DNA of 64,000 nt from assembly GCA_041687695.1 (NCBI GenBank), contig JAWLBL010000008.1, positions 160,001-224,000 on the forward strand, written 5' to 3'. The notes beneath the pieces were generated by a model. It searched no databases, was not told the DNA's origin, and saw nothing but the letters and a program-made list of their open reading frames with translations. The position numbers and the translations under genes were made by a program. Within the stretch, counting starts at the first letter, position 1; every line of letters begins with the position of its first letter. Shown piece by piece: positions 63,583 through 64,000 of the stretch. Source of the stretch: Myxococcota bacterium (GTDB taxonomy: Bacteria; Myxococcota_A; UBA9042; PHBI01; JAWLBL01).

Positions 63583-64000
63583 TCGCCGTCCGTCGCGCCC
63601 GGCCCCATGCCGGGGAAGTCGGCGCGCGTGTACAGGGCGGTCACCGCGACGCCCTCGGCCTCGATGGCCTCGCGGCCGCCCTCGAGGCGGTCGACCAGGC
63701 AGAACAGGCCCTGCACCTGCATGCCGGCCTCGCGCAGGCGGGCGATGGAGCGGATCGACGAGGCGCCCGTGGTGATGACGTCCTCGAGGACCAGCACGCG
63801 GCTGCCGGGGCCGAGCGAGCGGATGCCCTCGATCCACGACATGGTGCCGTGGCCCTTGGGCTCTTTTCGGATGAAGAAGCCAGGGATGGGCTGGCCGCGC
63901 CGCCGCGCCTGCAGCACGAACGCGCAAGTCATCGGGTCCGCGCCCAGCGTGGGGCCGCCGACCGCGTCGATCGGAAAGCCCTGCTGTTGCCACGTGTCGA
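63579..64000 (-). CDS. pyrE: Orotate phosphoribosyltransferase (5' partial)
   Basis: VGGPTLGADP, IRKEPKGHG, VLEDVITTGAS, LVDRLEGG. Confidence 0.92.
   Translation of the reverse strand, partial: DTWQQQGFPIDAVGGPTLGADPMTCAFVLQARRRGQPIPGFFIRKEPKGHGTMSWIEGIRSLGPGSRVLVLEDVITTGASSIRSIARLREAGMQVQGLFCLVDRLEGGREAIEAEGVAVTALYTRADFPGMGPGATDGE

Overview
Very GC-rich bacterial chromosome segment. Gene content points to Myxococcota: Glt-type gliding genes, CDGxDNDCDG Cys-rich surface proteins, and FHA and sigma-54 signalling genes. About 60 CDS, most of them housekeeping (tal, degP, rpsP-khpA-rimM-trmD-rplS-rnhB-yraN, selA, rluD, panBC, rpsT, ahcY, folK, mnmG, pal-cpoB, pyrE). Main points of interest: (1) a tightly coupled 7-gene operon at 35.9-41.2 kb (E1-TusA fusion, ubiquitin-like carrier ending GG-R, short inactive E1-like subunit, JAB protease, CX8CX2C radical SAM, DASS transporter, USP) behind an Rrf2/IscR-like operator, whose E1 looks split into complementary active and inactive subunits, as in eukaryotic heterodimeric E1s; (2) a RelA/SpoT synthetase-like protein with altered acceptor-binding motifs; (3) an orphan PEP mutase-cytidylyltransferase fusion; (4) a contiguous gltC-D-E-F-G cluster with a divergent gltK-like gene; (5) three intergenic tandem repeat arrays. 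I found no tRNA, rRNA, CRISPR array or transposase. All calls rest on motif recognition by eye; no database searches were run.
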